NCBI RefSeq assembly: GCF_963921235.1
Contig: NC_086108.1
Span: 10,788,001 to 10,852,000 of the forward strand
DNA length: 64,000 nt
Source of the DNA: Mobula hypostoma
Lineage: Eukaryota
Reading direction: 5' to 3'
Position numbers and translations under genes: made by a program. Shown here in pieces: positions 62,353 to 64,000 of this stretch (within the stretch, counting starts at the first letter, position 1; the number at the start of each line of letters is the position of its first letter). Below the pieces are notes generated by a model, which ran no database searches, had not been told where the DNA came from, and was given only the letters and a program-made list of their open reading frames with translations.

Positions 62353-64000
62353 CGCCCGCAGCCCCCCCACCCATGCTGTTGGGGGATGGTGCCGAAGTCC
62401 ATCTGTCTTGGGTAAGGTGTAATTGACGTGGTGTGTGGGGGGTCTCTGCAGTTCACATTATGATGTGTTTCTGGTTTCTCATTTTTTTACTATTCTGAGT
62501 GATTTCGAATCGGGGCGGCTCACAGATAGTGAACACTGAATGCACCTGAACTCTTTTTGACTTCACATTTCATATTCTGTGTTTTTCTCTCGTTGTTTTT
62601 ATTGTCATTTGCACAATTTGTTTTTTTTTTTGCGGCTGGGGGTGGGGGGTTGATGTTTTGAATGGGTTCCATGGTGTTTCTATGGAAAGACGAATCTCAG
62701 GGTTGTGTACTGCATACATACTTCGATAATAAATGTACTTTGAATCTTTGAATTTTATAATGCTCATTGGGGAGCGAAGATGTCTCATAAAATAAAAACA
62801 CCTTTGTCTGGATGTGTTTTGGTTTCAGAGATTTCAAAGGTTTCAAAGGTACATTTAATGTCAGAGAAATGTATACAATATACATCCTGAAATGTTTTTT
62901 CTTTGCAACCATCCACGAAAACAGAGGAGTGCCTCCAAAGAATGAATGACAGTTAAATGTTAGAACCCATTGACCCCCCAGCTCCCCCCTCCCATGCGTA
63001 AGCAGCAGCAAAGCAACAATCCGCCCTCTCCCAGCAGCAAAAAAATCTTCGGCACCCACCACCGAGCACTCAAGTGTGCAGCAAAGCAACAGCAAAGACA
63101 TGGACTTGCAGTACCCCAAAGACTACTCGTTCACCCAGTATTCGACACACCACAGGCTCTTTATAATAGTAAATCCTAATAAGGAAGAAAGAGATGTCTC
63201 GTTTCACAGCGAGAGGGGAGACATAACAAACAATTCGCTGACTTATGATGTTAAAAGTCCGTTCCTTCGCTTTTTCCGAGCTCTGTCCCCAAAGATCTCG
63301 GGTCTCTGGACACACAGCCAGAGGTGTTCTGTCTCCCACGACACACAGATTTCCTGCTGGTATGCTGACCTTTGGTCCACTCATCCCCAGAACCACGGGA
63401 TCCCAGAACTCCGAAGGGGAGCTAATCTCTTCAGCCACATCCTTGGCATATTGAGTAACGACCAGTCGTGAAAGCCCAAAAGCTGCTCCCGTTCCTGCAA
63501 AGAACTGACGTCAGCATGTAACTCCAGGTCAGAGTCTTCAAAAGAACCCTGAAAGGGAAAAATAGAGATATTAAAGATAGAAAAGTCTGTGGTGTTTCTG
63601 CCTTGAAGAGCACTGCACACAGATCTGGGCCTGAGCTCTCCCTACAGTCACAAATCTCTTCACACTATACAGCAGGGCTTATGATTATATTGACAGAATT
63701 ATCTTATAATATCAGAGTCATAGAGTCTAAGTACAGCACAGAAAGAAGCCCTTCAGACCATCTGGTCCATGCCAAAACCATTTAATCTGCCTTCTCCCTT
63801 TGATCTGCACCAGGACCATAGCCCTCCATACCCCTACCATCCATGTACCTATCCAAAACTCTTCGTAAACTTTGAAATCAAGCTCACATGCATCACCTAT
63901 GCTGGCAGCTCATTCCATACTCTCGTCACCCTCTGAGTGAAGTTTCCCCTCATGCCCCTTAAACTTTTCACCTTTCACTCTTATCCCATGATCTCTAGTT

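Overview
Eukaryotic, repeat-dense vertebrate DNA. The repeat content (HE1/V-type SINEs, CR1, Rex1-type and Penelope-like elements) suggests a cartilaginous fish; this is an inference. The only confidently identifiable host gene segment is the last coding exon and 3' UTR of an LRFN1/SALM2-like gene (+, 12307-13207, ending in the PDZ motif ESTV), and 1-12306 is its intron. That intron holds a structurally complete antisense Gmr1-type Gypsy LTR element (2730-7705) with a 4-bp TSD, a tRNA-Pro-like PBS, a SCAN-like Gag plus protease, and a heavily deleted pol. The rest is nested LINE, SINE, Penelope and DNA-transposon debris plus several minisatellites. The most interesting signals are: (i) two families of Penelope-like elements carrying minimal type I hammerhead ribozyme motifs; (ii) head-to-head palindromic Penelope-end insertions, one with a perfect 13-bp TSD and a captured CR1-like filler; (iii) a tRNA-headed SINE sharing its tail with an ORF-less RTE-like element; (iv) ORF-less LINE-derived families, tiny hAT MITEs and a hAT with an apparent 6-bp TSD; (v) a speculative chain of phase-compatible minus-strand exons. 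I cannot establish from sequence alone that any of this is undescribed. Family names come from motif recognition, not database searches, and boundaries of old repeats are approximate.
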